A DNA stretch of 64,000 bases, from the NCBI GenBank assembly GCA_050115495.1, contig JASFQK010000010.1, positions 64,001 through 128,000 of the forward strand, given 5' to 3'. This document shows positions 10,592 to 20,997 of this stretch, piece after piece (positions within the stretch are counted from its first letter, which is position 1; each line of letters starts with the position of its first letter). The DNA comes from Phycisphaerae bacterium. Its GTDB lineage: Bacteria; Planctomycetota; Phycisphaerae; UBA1845; Fen-1342. The notes beneath the pieces are model-generated. The model made no database searches. It saw only the letters and a list, made by a program, of their open reading frames with translations, and had not been told where the DNA came from. The position numbers and the translations under genes are program-made.

Positions 10592-11884
10592 TTACTGCGG
10601 ATGGAGGACGAGGCTCTCGCGCTCGACCTCGTAGATGCCCGAATACGTGTTCTCCAGCGGCTCTTCGCGCGCGAACTCGCAGACGACCAGGCCGGTCTCG
10701 CCCATGCGGCGGGCGAAATCGAGGGCCAGCGACACGGCGTCGTCGCGGTCGCGGGCGACGACCTGGTAGCTGCGTTGGAAGCGCGTGACGGGGGCGCCGC
10801 GGGTGGCGCCGGGCTCGTGGATCTCGCAGAGGCCGTCCCGGTGGTTGGCTTCGACCACGAGGCTGAACCAGTAGCCGTGGCGCAGGTAGCGGCCGGTCAA
10901 TTCGCGGTAGGCCTCGCACAACTCGACCGTGCAGGCGTTGGCGTGATAGGCGCGGTGCAGCAAGTGCTCGCCCTGCAAGCGCATCTTCCGCCGGGCGAAG
11001 AAGTCCATGGCCATCTCGAAGACGTAGGAGGCTTCGGAGAAGCCGGACTCGTTCGTGCCGCGGACGGCCTTGGCGTAGCAGCGCTGGGCGGCGCGCAGGT
11101 TGCCCTTCTCCTCGTGGATGAAAGCCGCCAGCAGCAGGGCGCGGCTTGATTCGCCGTCCACCTCACGTAGCCGGTCGAGCTGCCTCTCGGCCAGCGGGAT
11201 CTGTCCGGCCCGTACGGCCGACACTCCCCAGTTCAGGCGCAGCGAGGCTGAGTCCGGCTGGATTTCCTCGGCCCACCGATAGCAGGCGAAGGCCTCGTCG
11301 TACTCGTCGTCATCGCTGTACAGGATGGCCAGGGCGATCCACTGTTCGGCGTCTTCCGGGGCCAGCGACAGGTAGCGCTTCAGCGTGCTCTTGGCGGCGG
11401 CAGTGTCGCCGGACTCGCTCAGTGCCGCTGCCTTGCGTTGCAGGGCCCAGTCGAGGTCGGCGCCGAGTTCGAGGGCACGGTCGTAGAGGCGGATGGCGGT
11501 GGCGTAATCGCGCAGGCGCTCGTAGACGAGGGCCAGGTTGGCCAGCAGCGACTCGTCCTCGGGGTCGAGCGAGACGGCGGTTTCGAGTGCCTCGCGGGCT
11601 TGTTCGAGATCGTTCGTTCCCGACAGCACAACACCGAGAGCGCCGAACAGTCGCGCCGATTCGGGGTATTCCTCGATAAGCGGATCGAGCATGAGCAGGG
11701 CTTCCTCGGCCTGCCCGGTGTCCGCCAGGGCGTACGCGCGCAGGGCACCCCACTCGATGCGGTCGTCTGCGTCCACGAGCTCGCCTTCGACCTCGTTCAG
11801 ACAACGCAGGGTTTCCGCCGGGCGACCGGCCTCCAGCAGACGGTTTGCCCGCTCGAGAACGGCGTCTATGTCTTCGGGCTTCAT
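10592..11884 (-). CDS. Tetratricopeptide repeat protein
   Basis: Multiple TPR-type helical repeats (LANLALVYE..A..LYDRALEL; WIALAILYS..AFACY), followed by a non-TPR C-terminal domain. Confidence 0.85.
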   Translation of the reverse strand: MKPEDIDAVLERANRLLEAGRPAETLRCLNEVEGELVDADDRIEWGALRAYALADTGQAEEALLMLDPLIEEYPESARLFGALGVVLSGTNDLEQAREALETAVSLDPEDESLLANLALVYERLRDYATAIRLYDRALELGADLDWALQRKAAALSESGDTAAAKSTLKRYLSLAPEDAEQWIALAILYSDDDEYDEAFACYRWAEEIQPDSASLRLNWGVSAVRAGQIPLAERQLDRLREVDGESSRALLLAAFIHEEKGNLRAAQRCYAKAVRGTNESGFSEASYVFEMAMDFFARRKMRLQGEHLLHRAYHANACTVELCEAYRELTGRYLRHGYWFSLVVEANHRDGLCEIHEPGATRGAPVTRFQRSYQVVARDRDDAVSLALDFARRMGETGLVVCEFAREEPLENTYSGIYEVERESLVLHPQ

Positions 11885-12027
11885 GCAGTGCCTCTTGCCG
11901 AGCAAACGGCCGCGCGTCCGCGGCCGGGGGTTTCACACCCTGTATAGTATATCCGAGATCGCCCGGGGGGTCGTCCAGGGGGCTCCGGCGGTTGCGGCGT
12001 GTCGCCGTCTGGCGGATCATGGCGCCC

Positions 12028-12702
12028 ATGAGCACGCTTCTGGAATCCGTCCGGCCTCCCCATATCCGGGCGTCGGCGACGCAGAGACGATTGAACTGCC
12101 CACGTACGCTGTTGCGCTACGCGCTCGTCGCAATGACGGCGTCGCTCGCCGGCGGCTGCGCCAACTGGAGCTACGACCGCGTGCGGTTGGGCATGACGCA
12201 GAGCGAATGCGAGCGCCAGTTGCCGGCGGAATCGCTCTGGCGCACGGAGCTCGGCTTCTGTCATCGGACGACTGACATCGCCGGCCGCACCGATGCCCTG
12301 GTGATTCTGCTCGGACGCGATCAGCGTGTGGCCGGCAAGCTGCAAGCAACGCGCTATCCGTCGCAGCAGCGCTGGGGGCCCGAACGCGGATTCCTGCTGC
12401 GCGGCGAGATTGACCCGGTCGCGACGGGGCTGGAGGCGACGGGGCCGGTGGATGCGCTGCGCGCGGTGGCGGCCGATTTGGCGGATTATCAAGGGGCCAA
12501 GCCGGCGCTGGACGCACACGCCCTGGTCGCCGCGGGCCTGGTGCGGCTGGTCGAGCGCTGGCCGCACGTCGGGCCGGCGGGGGCGAGCTTCCCGCGTCTG
12601 GCGGAAGCGCTGGACGTCGTGCCGGGCGGCGGCGAAGGGCTCCTGCGCGTGGATGCCCGCGGGATCTACTTCTTCGAGTATCGGCAGCCGATCGCCCCCT
12701 GA
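12028..12702 (+). CDS. Hypothetical lipoprotein (start uncertain)
   Basis: Lipobox-like LAGGC followed by [10 protein letters not shown]..., which resembles an SmpA/OmlA-like start. Confidence 0.6.
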   Translation: MSTLLESVRPPHIRASATQRRLNCPRTLLRYALVAMTASLAGGCANWSYDRVRLGMTQSECERQLPAESLWRTELGFCHRTTDIAGRTDALVILLGRDQRVAGKLQATRYPSQQRWGPERGFLLRGEIDPVATGLEATGPVDALRAVAADLADYQGAKPALDAHALVAAGLVRLVERWPHVGPAGASFPRLAEALDVVPGGGEGLLRVDARGIYFFEYRQPIAP

Positions 12703-12788
12703 GGGCCCTTGTTGCTGCCGAGACGCTCGGCGAGGGATTGCCCCGCGGCAGTATAATGGTGTGCCAGAGACGCTAGCCGGACGGGCGG

Positions 12789-13166
12789 ATGCGGCGTTTC
12801 GTCGACATAGCGGTGGATCGCTTGCGCACGCTTCAGGACCTGGGCGCGCAGACCGCCGTGTTCGTGCGCACCGACCGTCGACTGCGAATCCTGTTCATCC
12901 TGTCTGCGGTTGTCGTTCTGGTTCTGGTGGCCGGCTTTTATTGGACGTTCTTCGGTGGAGCCGAGGCGACACCGGCCGGCGATGCGGACGATGCGTGGCG
13001 GTATCTGGTCGTTTGCTCGAACTGCGGCTACCGGGAACGCTGTACCGAGCATCCGGCCCACCATCTCGAGCAGCGCCACGGAGCGCTCAAGTGTCCGAAG
13101 TGTGGCGAGTTCAAGGCGGCGTGGTACCGCCGCGGAGGTCAGGCACTGCCGCCCGGCGGCTGGTAG
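12789..13166 (+). CDS. Single-pass membrane protein with zinc ribbon
   Basis: TM helix [23 protein letters not shown]...CPKC; TATAAT at about 12752 upstream. Confidence 0.7.
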   Translation: MRRFVDIAVDRLRTLQDLGAQTAVFVRTDRRLRILFILSAVVVLVLVAGFYWTFFGGAEATPAGDADDAWRYLVVCSNCGYRERCTEHPAHHLEQRHGALKCPKCGEFKAAWYRRGGQALPPGGW

Positions 13167-13198
13167 GGGAGACCGGCGGGGCTGAACGGGAGAGGCCG

Positions 13199-14233
13199 AT
13201 GACATCGCCGACCCGCCGACTCGCATTCACGTTGATCGAGTTGCTCGTCGTCGTCGCCATTATCGCCCTGCTCATCGCCATTCTTCTGCCGAGCATGAGC
13301 CGGGCGCGCGAACAGGCCAAGCGGGCCTATTGCCTGTCGAATCTGCACAGCATCGGTTCGGCGGCCCTCTCCTACGCCAGCGAGGACTCCAAGGAACTCA
13401 TCATCCCCATCCATCAGATGATGGTCTCGCCGATGCCCGCCGACGATTACTGGCTCTGGCGGACGGCGATCTGGTTCAGCGCCGGCGGCCGGTCGGCGCC
13501 GCTGCCCTTCATGACCGACTCGGGGGCGAAGCCCCTGGACGACAGCAGCCGCTGGGCGGCGCATACCCGCCCGCTGAACCGCTACATCTACCACGACGTT
13601 CATCAGGCGGACGGCAAGGCGCTCAAGCTGTTTCAGTGTCCGTCGGATCGCGGCTATCCGGAACATGAGGACATCGACGATTCCCCGATAGAGAACTCCA
13701 ACCGGCCGTGCTACGACACACTCGGCAACAGCTATCGCGCCAGCCTGTACTGCTTCCTGCCGCCGCCCGGCGGTCCGTACACCGGCGCGTTTGCCATCGG
13801 GCCATGGGGACATCGCCTGTCCACGATCACGAGCCCGTCACAGGTGGCGGTCTTCGGCGAGCCCACGTTCTTCAACATGATCGGGATGGACAACGGCGTC
13901 GTGGATCCCGACCCGGTGCTGGCCACCGGCTGGCACCAGGGCTGGATGGTGGACAACCTGCTCTTCTGCGACGGCTCGGCTCGACCCACCCGCGCCGAGG
14001 GGCACGAGACCGTCGGCGAGGCGGTCGCCCGCCGCGAGATGGGCGTGGGCAGCAACTGGGATCTGATCTCGCGTGGGCCGGGCTGGCGGTTTGATCTGTG
14101 GCCAACACCCGGAGCGAAGATCTGGGCCCAGGACCCGAACGACCTGTTGTGGAACCCGCCCTACACGGCTTGGCCGAACGAACGCTGGCGGTACTGGCCG
14201 TTCAACGGGGCGCAGAACAACCTGCACGACTGA
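13199..14233 (+). CDS. Prepilin-type N-terminal cleavage/methylation protein (DUF1559/H-X9-DG type)
   Basis: [46 protein letters not shown]...NLLFCDG. Confidence 0.93.
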   Translation: MTSPTRRLAFTLIELLVVVAIIALLIAILLPSMSRAREQAKRAYCLSNLHSIGSAALSYASEDSKELIIPIHQMMVSPMPADDYWLWRTAIWFSAGGRSAPLPFMTDSGAKPLDDSSRWAAHTRPLNRYIYHDVHQADGKALKLFQCPSDRGYPEHEDIDDSPIENSNRPCYDTLGNSYRASLYCFLPPPGGPYTGAFAIGPWGHRLSTITSPSQVAVFGEPTFFNMIGMDNGVVDPDPVLATGWHQGWMVDNLLFCDGSARPTRAEGHETVGEAVARREMGVGSNWDLISRGPGWRFDLWPTPGAKIWAQDPNDLLWNPPYTAWPNERWRYWPFNGAQNNLHD

Positions 14234-14248
14234 CCGCGGCCGGGGGGA

Positions 14249-14764
14249 TCAGCGGAGACCTTCCACGTAACGGCTGGCGAGGTCGACGTACAGCTTCTTG
14301 AAGTGCGTCCACTGTTCCTTGAAATCGTCGGCGACGCGCTTGTCGAGCACTCGGGCGGGCGTGCCGACGGCGATGCAGTCTGGGGGGATCTCCTGCCGCT
14401 GGCGGACGACCGCCCCTTCGCCAACCACGGCCCACCGCCCGACGACGGCCCAGTCGGAAACGATCGAACCCATGCCGACGAGGGCGTAATCGCTCACGCT
14501 GGCATTGTGGATGATGGCGCCGTGCCCGACGGTGACCCATTCGCCCAGGGTGGTCTGCTCGCCGGGTCGAGCGTGGATGACGCAATTGTCCTCGACGCTG
14601 GAGTAAGCTCCGATAACTATGCGGCCATAGTCCCCGCGGATCCGGGCGCCGGGGCCGATCCAGCATCCCGGTCCGATCTGGACATCGCCCAGGACGTCGG
14701 CGGAGGGGTGCACGTACGTGCCGGCACCGAGGCTGGGCGTCTTGCCTTCAAACGTGTTGATCAT
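14249..14764 (-). CDS. Gamma-carbonic anhydrase family hexapeptide-repeat protein
   Basis: VHPSADVLGDV.IG, IRGD, EDNCVIH, TVGHGAIIH, VGTPARV. Confidence 0.92.
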   Translation of the reverse strand: MINTFEGKTPSLGAGTYVHPSADVLGDVQIGPGCWIGPGARIRGDYGRIVIGAYSSVEDNCVIHARPGEQTTLGEWVTVGHGAIIHNASVSDYALVGMGSIVSDWAVVGRWAVVGEGAVVRQRQEIPPDCIAVGTPARVLDKRVADDFKEQWTHFKKLYVDLASRYVEGLR

Positions 14765-14859
14765 GGTCTGCCTCGCGCGAACAGAAGCGGCGCAGCGCAC
14801 CTGCGCGGCTCGGGCACTATAGCGGATTGGCCGGGTGTGGGCGACGGTGGGGGGGGAGG

Positions 14860-15108
14860 TCAGCTCGGCGGGGCGACTTCCTCGACGGGCACGGCTTCTT
14901 CGGCTTCCTCGACGCTGTCGCCATTCTCGTCGTCCGATTCGCCCTTGACCGCCTTGGTGCGGGATTGGAGGAGGAGCTTGCCGTATTCGTCGAGCAGGGA
15001 CTCGCTTGATTCCTTGCAGCGCAGCACCGCGTGCAGCAGCACGAGGGCTCCGGTACAGGCGGCAACGAGCGTGGCGAACAGTGCGGCGGACACGGACGTC
15101 GTCCCCAT
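14860..15108 (-). CDS. Small single-pass membrane protein with acidic tail
   Basis: 82 aa; N-terminal hydrophobic helix and Glu-rich tail. Confidence 0.55.
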   Translation of the reverse strand: MGTTSVSAALFATLVAACTGALVLLHAVLRCKESSESLLDEYGKLLLQSRTKAVKGESDDENGDSVEEAEEAVPVEEVAPPS

Positions 15109-15400
15109 CCGGGCGCGGCACAGCCGGCGCCCGCGGTTTCGGGTGCGGTGCCGGGTCCGACGACGTGGCGGCCCGGCGGTCGCCGGTGATATCGGCAGGA
15201 TGAAGGGGGCGGTGAAATCGTCGGAGGGGGCGGTTGCGAGGTCCACCGGGTGCTACTACGATGTCCGGTCAATACAGCAGGTTGTGCCTGCGGTTTCGCG
15301 AGCAAGGACGTGGGTTTGAGCGCGCGGTCCCAGCCGGCGACGGCCGGCACAACCGGCGGTGCCGTCGTAGCGAGTACAGGCTCCAGCAAGTAGTACGGAC

Positions 15401-15952
15401 ATGAACCCGGAGAGTGGCTGCATCGAGGTATCCGGGACGGTGGATTTGCGGCGGCTCCTTCGGGAGGTGCCGGATTTTCCAAAGCCGGGCATCGTCTTCA
15501 CGGACGTCACGCCGCTGCTGGCCGACCCGAAGGGGCTGGCGTTCGCCGTGGAGCTGATGGTTCAGCCGTTCCGCGGACAGCGTGTCGACCTCGTTTGCGG
15601 GGCGGAGTCCCGGGGGTTCATCTTCGGGACAGCGGTGGCCCGGGAGCTGTCGGCGGGCTTCGTGCCCATCCGCAAGCCGGGGAAGCTGCCGTACCGGGTC
15701 CGGCGGCACGAATACGAACTCGAATATGGCACGGACGCCCTGGAGATACACGAAGATGCGGTTCACGATGGGCAGTCGGTGCTGGTCGTGGACGATCTGC
15801 TGGCGACGGGGGGGACGCTGGGGGCGTGCTGCCAGCTAGTTAGCGGACTTAAGGCTACGGTTCTGGCCGTGGTCGTACTGGTAGAATTGGTTGCGCTGCG
15901 GGGCCGGGAGCGGTTGAGCGAATACCCGGTCCACAGCATCATTCGCTGCTAG
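15401..15952 (+). CDS. apt: Adenine phosphoribosyltransferase
   Basis: PDFPKPGIVF.DVTPLL, ESRGF, RKPGKLP, LEYGTD, VVDDLLATGGT. Confidence 0.97.
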   Translation: MNPESGCIEVSGTVDLRRLLREVPDFPKPGIVFTDVTPLLADPKGLAFAVELMVQPFRGQRVDLVCGAESRGFIFGTAVARELSAGFVPIRKPGKLPYRVRRHEYELEYGTDALEIHEDAVHDGQSVLVVDDLLATGGTLGACCQLVSGLKATVLAVVVLVELVALRGRERLSEYPVHSIIRC

Positions 15953-16122
15953 GGGCTGCCGGCCCTATCCCGGCCGGCCCCAGGGACAGGTTGGGATTTG
16001 GCCCGGCCTGCACAATGGCAGTGTCCGGGGTCGTGGAGTGCCCGGTCCGAACGGCCGTTGCGGCCGAGGCGGGCAGCCAGTTGGATTGCCGGGCAGCGGA
16101 TCAGTCGGAACGAGGTGTCCAA

Positions 16123-16656
16123 ATGAGGTGCAAGCGTATTACTGTCGTGGCGACCGCGGTTGGTACGTGCGCCCTGCTGATGACCCTGGGTTGCGTCGTG
16201 GCGGCGGACACGCTGAACCCAGCTTTCTTCTCGGCGATGGGGTTCGATCCGGGGACGATCTTCCCGTCGCAGGGAACAGTGATCGTTTCCTTTACCAATC
16301 CCACGGATTACACAGTGACGTTCCACGCGTTCGAGTCGGCCGATCCGGACGACCTGTCGGCGGACTCCCGGAACTTCAGCGTCGTGGTGCCGCCGAACAG
16401 CTCCCGCAACGAAGTGCTGAGCTGCCCGGTGGGGCTGGTCTCGACCGGTGTGCTGGACGAGAGCTACGAGTGGGACGGCAGCCAGGCGGCGGAGATCGTG
16501 ACCGGTGAGGAGACGATCGACGTGGAGTACGCGTGGCCATTGCGGGAGGGGGACGCGTTTTCGTGCGGCGACGTGATCGATTTTCGGCTTGAGTCGGGTT
16601 ACGTCGGTGAGGATCTCCAGTACATCATCACCGTCCGGATCATTCCGGGGCGTTAG
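16123..16656 (+). CDS. Hypothetical lipoprotein (paralogue 1 of a CPV...CGD family)
   Basis: GAGG RBS; lipobox TLGC; LNPAFFSAMG, CPVG, EGDAFSCGDVIDF. Confidence 0.8.
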   Translation: MRCKRITVVATAVGTCALLMTLGCVVAADTLNPAFFSAMGFDPGTIFPSQGTVIVSFTNPTDYTVTFHAFESADPDDLSADSRNFSVVVPPNSSRNEVLSCPVGLVSTGVLDESYEWDGSQAAEIVTGEETIDVEYAWPLREGDAFSCGDVIDFRLESGYVGEDLQYIITVRIIPGR

Positions 16657-16680
16657 CGGTGCCAAAGGGAGCGATGATCG

Positions 16681-17229
16681 ATGATGCATAGGCACATGCG
16701 GCTGATGGTGGTGGCCATGGTGCTGAGCGTCGGCCTGTCCATGGGCGGCTGTTTCTCGCCGGCGAGCTACCTCAATCCGGACTTTCTGTCGGCCCTGGGG
16801 GCGGGGTCGCAGGTGGCGAGCATTCCCGGTGACGCCCCGGCGCTGCTGGTCTCGCTGGAGAACCGCACGGACCGCATGGTGCGGGCGATGCTCTCCTACC
16901 GGCTGCCGGACGTCGGCGTGGAAACGGTGACGTACACGATCGCGGCCGGCGAATCGACGGCGCAGGCGCTGATCTGCCCGGTCGAGGAGATCACGCTGGG
17001 TGACGTCTCCGACGCCAACGTGATCGGCGCGGAAATCGTGCTGGACACGGGCGTGGGTTACGAGGCCCTGGCTCCGGTGATCGAGGTGGAGCCGTTCGGC
17101 GTGGTGATGAAGGACGGGGTCAACTACGACTGCGGCGACGCGATCCAGTTCACGGTGCAGGCTTCGGGCGTGACCCGTTCGGGCTACCAGATCTTCGCCT
17201 ACATCCAACGGACGGGGGACAATCCATGA
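16681..17229 (+). CDS. Hypothetical lipoprotein (paralogue 2)
   Basis: Lipobox MGGC; LNPDFLSALG, CPVE, DGVNYDCGDAIQF. Confidence 0.8.
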   Translation: MMHRHMRLMVVAMVLSVGLSMGGCFSPASYLNPDFLSALGAGSQVASIPGDAPALLVSLENRTDRMVRAMLSYRLPDVGVETVTYTIAAGESTAQALICPVEEITLGDVSDANVIGAEIVLDTGVGYEALAPVIEVEPFGVVMKDGVNYDCGDAIQFTVQASGVTRSGYQIFAYIQRTGDNP

Positions 17230-20081
17230 TGGCAGAAGGCCGCCGAGGCTTCCGGGAGCATGCGATGAGAGCAGTGCAAGGGTTCGTGGCGGCGCTGGCC
17301 GTGATGGCGCTGGGCGGCTGCCCCATGCAGCAGGCCGTGGAGTACATCGCGGGGCAGACCGGCGACCGGGCCATCGTGTCGGACACCGCTTCGGTGAGCG
17401 TCTTCTCGCCGCAGAGCGACCTGGCCATCACCGGGGGCACGCCGGTTGAGGTGAACTGGCGTGCGGTGGGCACGACGGCGTTTGCCGTGGTCGACGTCCT
17501 CATCGACGTGGACGAGGAGCCCGACAACGGCAACGAGATCGTCGCGTTCAGCAACCTGGACCTTAGTGCGACGACGGAGACGCTGGACACGACGCAACTG
17601 ACGGCGGGGACGTACTACGTCGGCGTGCGGCTGGAGGAGTTGGGCGAGGTCGTGACGGCAGGTTACGCCGCCGGCCGCCTGATCATCAACCAGCGTCCCG
17701 ACTTGTACTTCACGTCGCCGCGTGACAACTTCCGGTTTGACCGCACGCCTCGCGTCAACCCGAGCTTCGACGTCTCCTGGGTGGTCAACGATCCGGACAG
17801 CACGGTTTCGGTGCGGGTCTATCTGGATCCGGACGCGACGCCGAACGGCAACGAATTGCTGCTGCGCACGAGCGACGCGCAGGATACGGACAGCTTCACC
17901 TTCGACCTGCCCACGATGAGCTTCGAGGCCGGGACGTACTACGTGCTGGCGCTCGTGTCCGACGGTGTAGACACTTTCGCCTTCTACGCCCCGTGTACCA
18001 TCCTGCTCCGCTCGCGGCTCGCCGGTCCGATCGACCTGCGCGACATGTACTTGGTCGAGAGCGGCGTCCGCGGGGCCATTTTCGAGGGTTTCAACCCGCG
18101 AGACAACGTTGGCAGTTTCGTCGCTACGCTCCAAGACATCGACAACGACGGCTTTGACGACTTCATCATCGTCGGGCAGTTCGGCAAGCCCAACTACGAA
18201 TCCAACCAGCAGCGTCTTGGCGTCGGCGAGGCCTACCTCATCTACGGTCGTGCCGACGCCTTCACCGGTTTGATCAACCTCAACTCGGCCGGGACTCTCT
18301 TCCGCGCTGAAATTTACACGGGCGTGCCTGAGGTCACCGATCCCATCCGTCCCAGCCGCGGCATCACCAGCTTCACGACGCTCACCGACTGGGATCGCGA
18401 CGGCGTGCGGGAGTTCGCCTTCGGCCTGCCGTTCACTGATTCTCAGGGGCTGGGTACTAGCGGGTTACTGGATCCATCGGGCTATTTCCGCTCCGGCGGC
18501 GTGGTCGTGGTGGCTGGCTCGTCGCTACGGCCGGATCTCGGTTTCCCCGGGCGCAACGTGTTCACCCTCGCCGAATTCGGCACGCGGCCGCACCAGCCGC
18601 AGACGACGACCGAATGCCCGCAGGGCTTCGGCGGGCCGAAGTACTCGACCTTCGCCGGTGCTGGCCCGGGCGGCTCCACGTTGTTCCACCGGCAGTTGTT
18701 CAATCCGGCCGACCCGCTCGTCGGTGGTCTCGTTCTCGGTTGCCGTTTCTCGACGCACGAGTTCGACGATCAGTACGGCGAGTCGATCTCCAACTATGAC
18801 TTCAATGGGCTGGTCATGAGTGCCCCGAACCGTGACGCCTCCGTGTCTGTTTCCGGCATTGACGAGGTTCCCGGCGCTGGGGTGGTTACGGTCTACATGC
18901 CGGCGGTCTTCGCGCCCTTCTTCCCGTGGTCGATTGCCAACTCCACGCCAGCCAACACCAACCTCGGCTATGAGGGCGCCCCCACGGAGCCCGAGGAGAT
19001 GGACCACCTGCCCCAGGGTGGGCCGTATCACTATGTGCTGGACGATATCGGTTTCATTGCCGCTCCCGGGCTTGGCTCCATCATGGCCACGCCTGGCTAC
19101 ACGGTCAGCGATGCCACGGCGCCGCCGGACTGCAACGCCGTCTCACACGGCGGCGTGGGGCTGGGCACGACACTAACGCTTTGGACGGATGAGCCCGGTG
19201 CCCGACTGAGCAACGCAGCGGGCATTGGCGACGTGAACTCCGATGGTTTGCAGGATTTGCTGATCGGGGCCCCGTTCATCGGCGATGGCGCCGGCGCGTG
19301 CTTCATCGTGCTGGGGCGCGTGCGGGGCCTGGTCCGCGGTGCGGAGCTTCAGGTTGAGGAGCTTGCTCTCCCGATGAACAGCTCCGACCCGGCTGAGGAG
19401 CGGATCTTTGACGGCATCCGCATCGTCGGCAGTGCCGGCGAGCGCCTGGGGCAGGCCCAGGATGATGCCGGTGATTTCAATAACGACGGCTTCGGCGATG
19501 TTGTTATCGGTTCTTCGTTGCTCAACAATCGGCAGGGTGGGGCCGCCGTGTTCTTCGGCTCCCGTGAGATCATCAACCTGACGCAGACAGACATCCCCTT
19601 CAGCGAGATTCCGGCTCGGGGGCTCGGCGTGGTCTTCGTCGGCGAAGAGGAGGGTGACTTGGCTGGAGCACGCGTGTGTTCGGCCGGCGATGTGGATGGG
19701 GATGGGAATGATGACATTCTCATTGCGGCGCCCAACCGGTCTATCCAGATGGATGTTGACCTGGACGGTGAACTGGAGATCGACCGCACCGAGTGCGGCG
19801 TTGTGTACCTGATCTACGGCTCGCCGGATCTCAGCGGTACGATCAGCCTGTCCCTCGTGGGCACGGAACGGCTGCCTGGCGCGGTCTTCATCGGCCGCAA
19901 CAGCCAGGACCAGCTCGGGGCTGGTCTCGGCGAACAGGGGGACCGCAGCAACGGCATGGCTCGTGCTGGGGACGTCGATGGCGACGGCTTCCAGGACCTC
20001 CTGCTCGGTGCCGTGCGGGCGTCGCCCCGCGACCGGGCCCAGGCCGGCGAGGCGTACTTGATCTACGGTACGGGCAACTGA
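17226..20081 (+). CDS. Large lipoprotein with Ig-like domains and FG-GAP (integrin-alpha beta-propeller) repeats
   Basis: Lipobox LGGC. Two similar N-terminal beta domains (PDNGNE/PNGNE...AGTYYV). Repeats GDVNSDGLQDLLIGAP, GDFNNDGFGDVVIG, GDVDGDGNDDILIAAP and G.AYLIYG. Confidence 0.9.
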   Translation: MMAEGRRGFREHAMRAVQGFVAALAVMALGGCPMQQAVEYIAGQTGDRAIVSDTASVSVFSPQSDLAITGGTPVEVNWRAVGTTAFAVVDVLIDVDEEPDNGNEIVAFSNLDLSATTETLDTTQLTAGTYYVGVRLEELGEVVTAGYAAGRLIINQRPDLYFTSPRDNFRFDRTPRVNPSFDVSWVVNDPDSTVSVRVYLDPDATPNGNELLLRTSDAQDTDSFTFDLPTMSFEAGTYYVLALVSDGVDTFAFYAPCTILLRSRLAGPIDLRDMYLVESGVRGAIFEGFNPRDNVGSFVATLQDIDNDGFDDFIIVGQFGKPNYESNQQRLGVGEAYLIYGRADAFTGLINLNSAGTLFRAEIYTGVPEVTDPIRPSRGITSFTTLTDWDRDGVREFAFGLPFTDSQGLGTSGLLDPSGYFRSGGVVVVAGSSLRPDLGFPGRNVFTLAEFGTRPHQPQTTTECPQGFGGPKYSTFAGAGPGGSTLFHRQLFNPADPLVGGLVLGCRFSTHEFDDQYGESISNYDFNGLVMSAPNRDASVSVSGIDEVPGAGVVTVYMPAVFAPFFPWSIANSTPANTNLGYEGAPTEPEEMDHLPQGGPYHYVLDDIGFIAAPGLGSIMATPGYTVSDATAPPDCNAVSHGGVGLGTTLTLWTDEPGARLSNAAGIGDVNSDGLQDLLIGAPFIGDGAGACFIVLGRVRGLVRGAELQVEELALPMNSSDPAEERIFDGIRIVGSAGERLGQAQDDAGDFNNDGFGDVVIGSSLLNNRQGGAAVFFGSREIINLTQTDIPFSEIPARGLGVVFVGEEEGDLAGARVCSAGDVDGDGNDDILIAAPNRSIQMDVDLDGELEIDRTECGVVYLIYGSPDLSGTISLSLVGTERLPGAVFIGRNSQDQLGAGLGEQGDRSNGMARAGDVDGDGFQDLLLGAVRASPRDRAQAGEAYLIYGTGN

Positions 20082-20102
20082 CAACCCCGCGGATCTGAGG
20101 GA

Positions 20103-20936
20103 ATGACGACGATGAAGCGGATGCAGATTCTCATGTGTCTGTCCTGGTTCGTTGGGCTCGCCGGCTGCACCGGTACTTCGCTCGAGCTCAACCCGTTCCT
20201 GACGCTCACGGAGGAGTTCGGCTACGGCTCGACGGACAGCGCGACAGATAACCAGGGCGGCCAGGGAATCCAGTTGGAAGGCGGGTTCCGCCGCGAGGCG
20301 ACCCTCACGTTCCAGAATAACCACGCCACCGCCGACTTGAATGTCTCCTTCGTCGCCTGGGTGAACGTGGGCAGCATTCGCACGGCCGCGCAGCAGGACG
20401 CACTGCTGACCGGCGGATACGTGCAACTGGGGCACGAAGTCCGCCTGGGCAACGCCTTTACGTTGCCCGTGGGCACGTTCGTCTACAACGGTCCGGGGAC
20501 GGCCGGAGCGACGGCCGTGACGCTATCCTCTCCCGGGACGGACGCCGAAGAGCCCACGAGCCAGGCGTTCACCCTGATCACCCCCGACGTGATCCTGGCC
20601 TTCGTCGAGCCGCCTGTTTCGTGCGAGAGCGTGGCCTTTACTTACACGCGAAACGATGAGCCACTGGAGACGATCCCGGTCGGTGGCCCGCTGGGGCCCC
20701 TGGAGGGGTCGACATCCGGGGGGCCGTACAAGACGCTCGCGCAGGTTGACGTGTACCAATGCGATCCGTTCGAGCCCGGGCTTTTCATTCGCCTGGGCGG
20801 CGGAATGCGCGAGGCAAACGAGTTCGTCGAGGGCGATGAGATTACGTTCGACTTCAACGAGAACCCGGACGCGAACGGAAACTTCGCCAATGTGACGATT
20901 CTTAGTAATACGGATACCAGTGGGACTACGCCGTAA
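20103..20936 (+). CDS. Hypothetical lipoprotein (distant paralogue 3)
   Basis: Lipobox LAGC; LNPFL after the Cys; FVEGDEITFDF near the C-terminus. Confidence 0.78.
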   Translation: MTTMKRMQILMCLSWFVGLAGCTGTSLELNPFLTLTEEFGYGSTDSATDNQGGQGIQLEGGFRREATLTFQNNHATADLNVSFVAWVNVGSIRTAAQQDALLTGGYVQLGHEVRLGNAFTLPVGTFVYNGPGTAGATAVTLSSPGTDAEEPTSQAFTLITPDVILAFVEPPVSCESVAFTYTRNDEPLETIPVGGPLGPLEGSTSGGPYKTLAQVDVYQCDPFEPGLFIRLGGGMREANEFVEGDEITFDFNENPDANGNFANVTILSNTDTSGTTP

Positions 20937-20997
20937 CGGCTGGGCGGTCGCTTGGGCGATGCGTAGAATGAATCGGAGCGACAGTGAGGGTTCGACC

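Noticed and set aside
12326..13198. N-terminal 290 aa of the 635-aa ORF as a pilin fusion
   Set aside because: It overlaps two better genes in other frames; the prepilin motif with an RBS defines the start at 13199.
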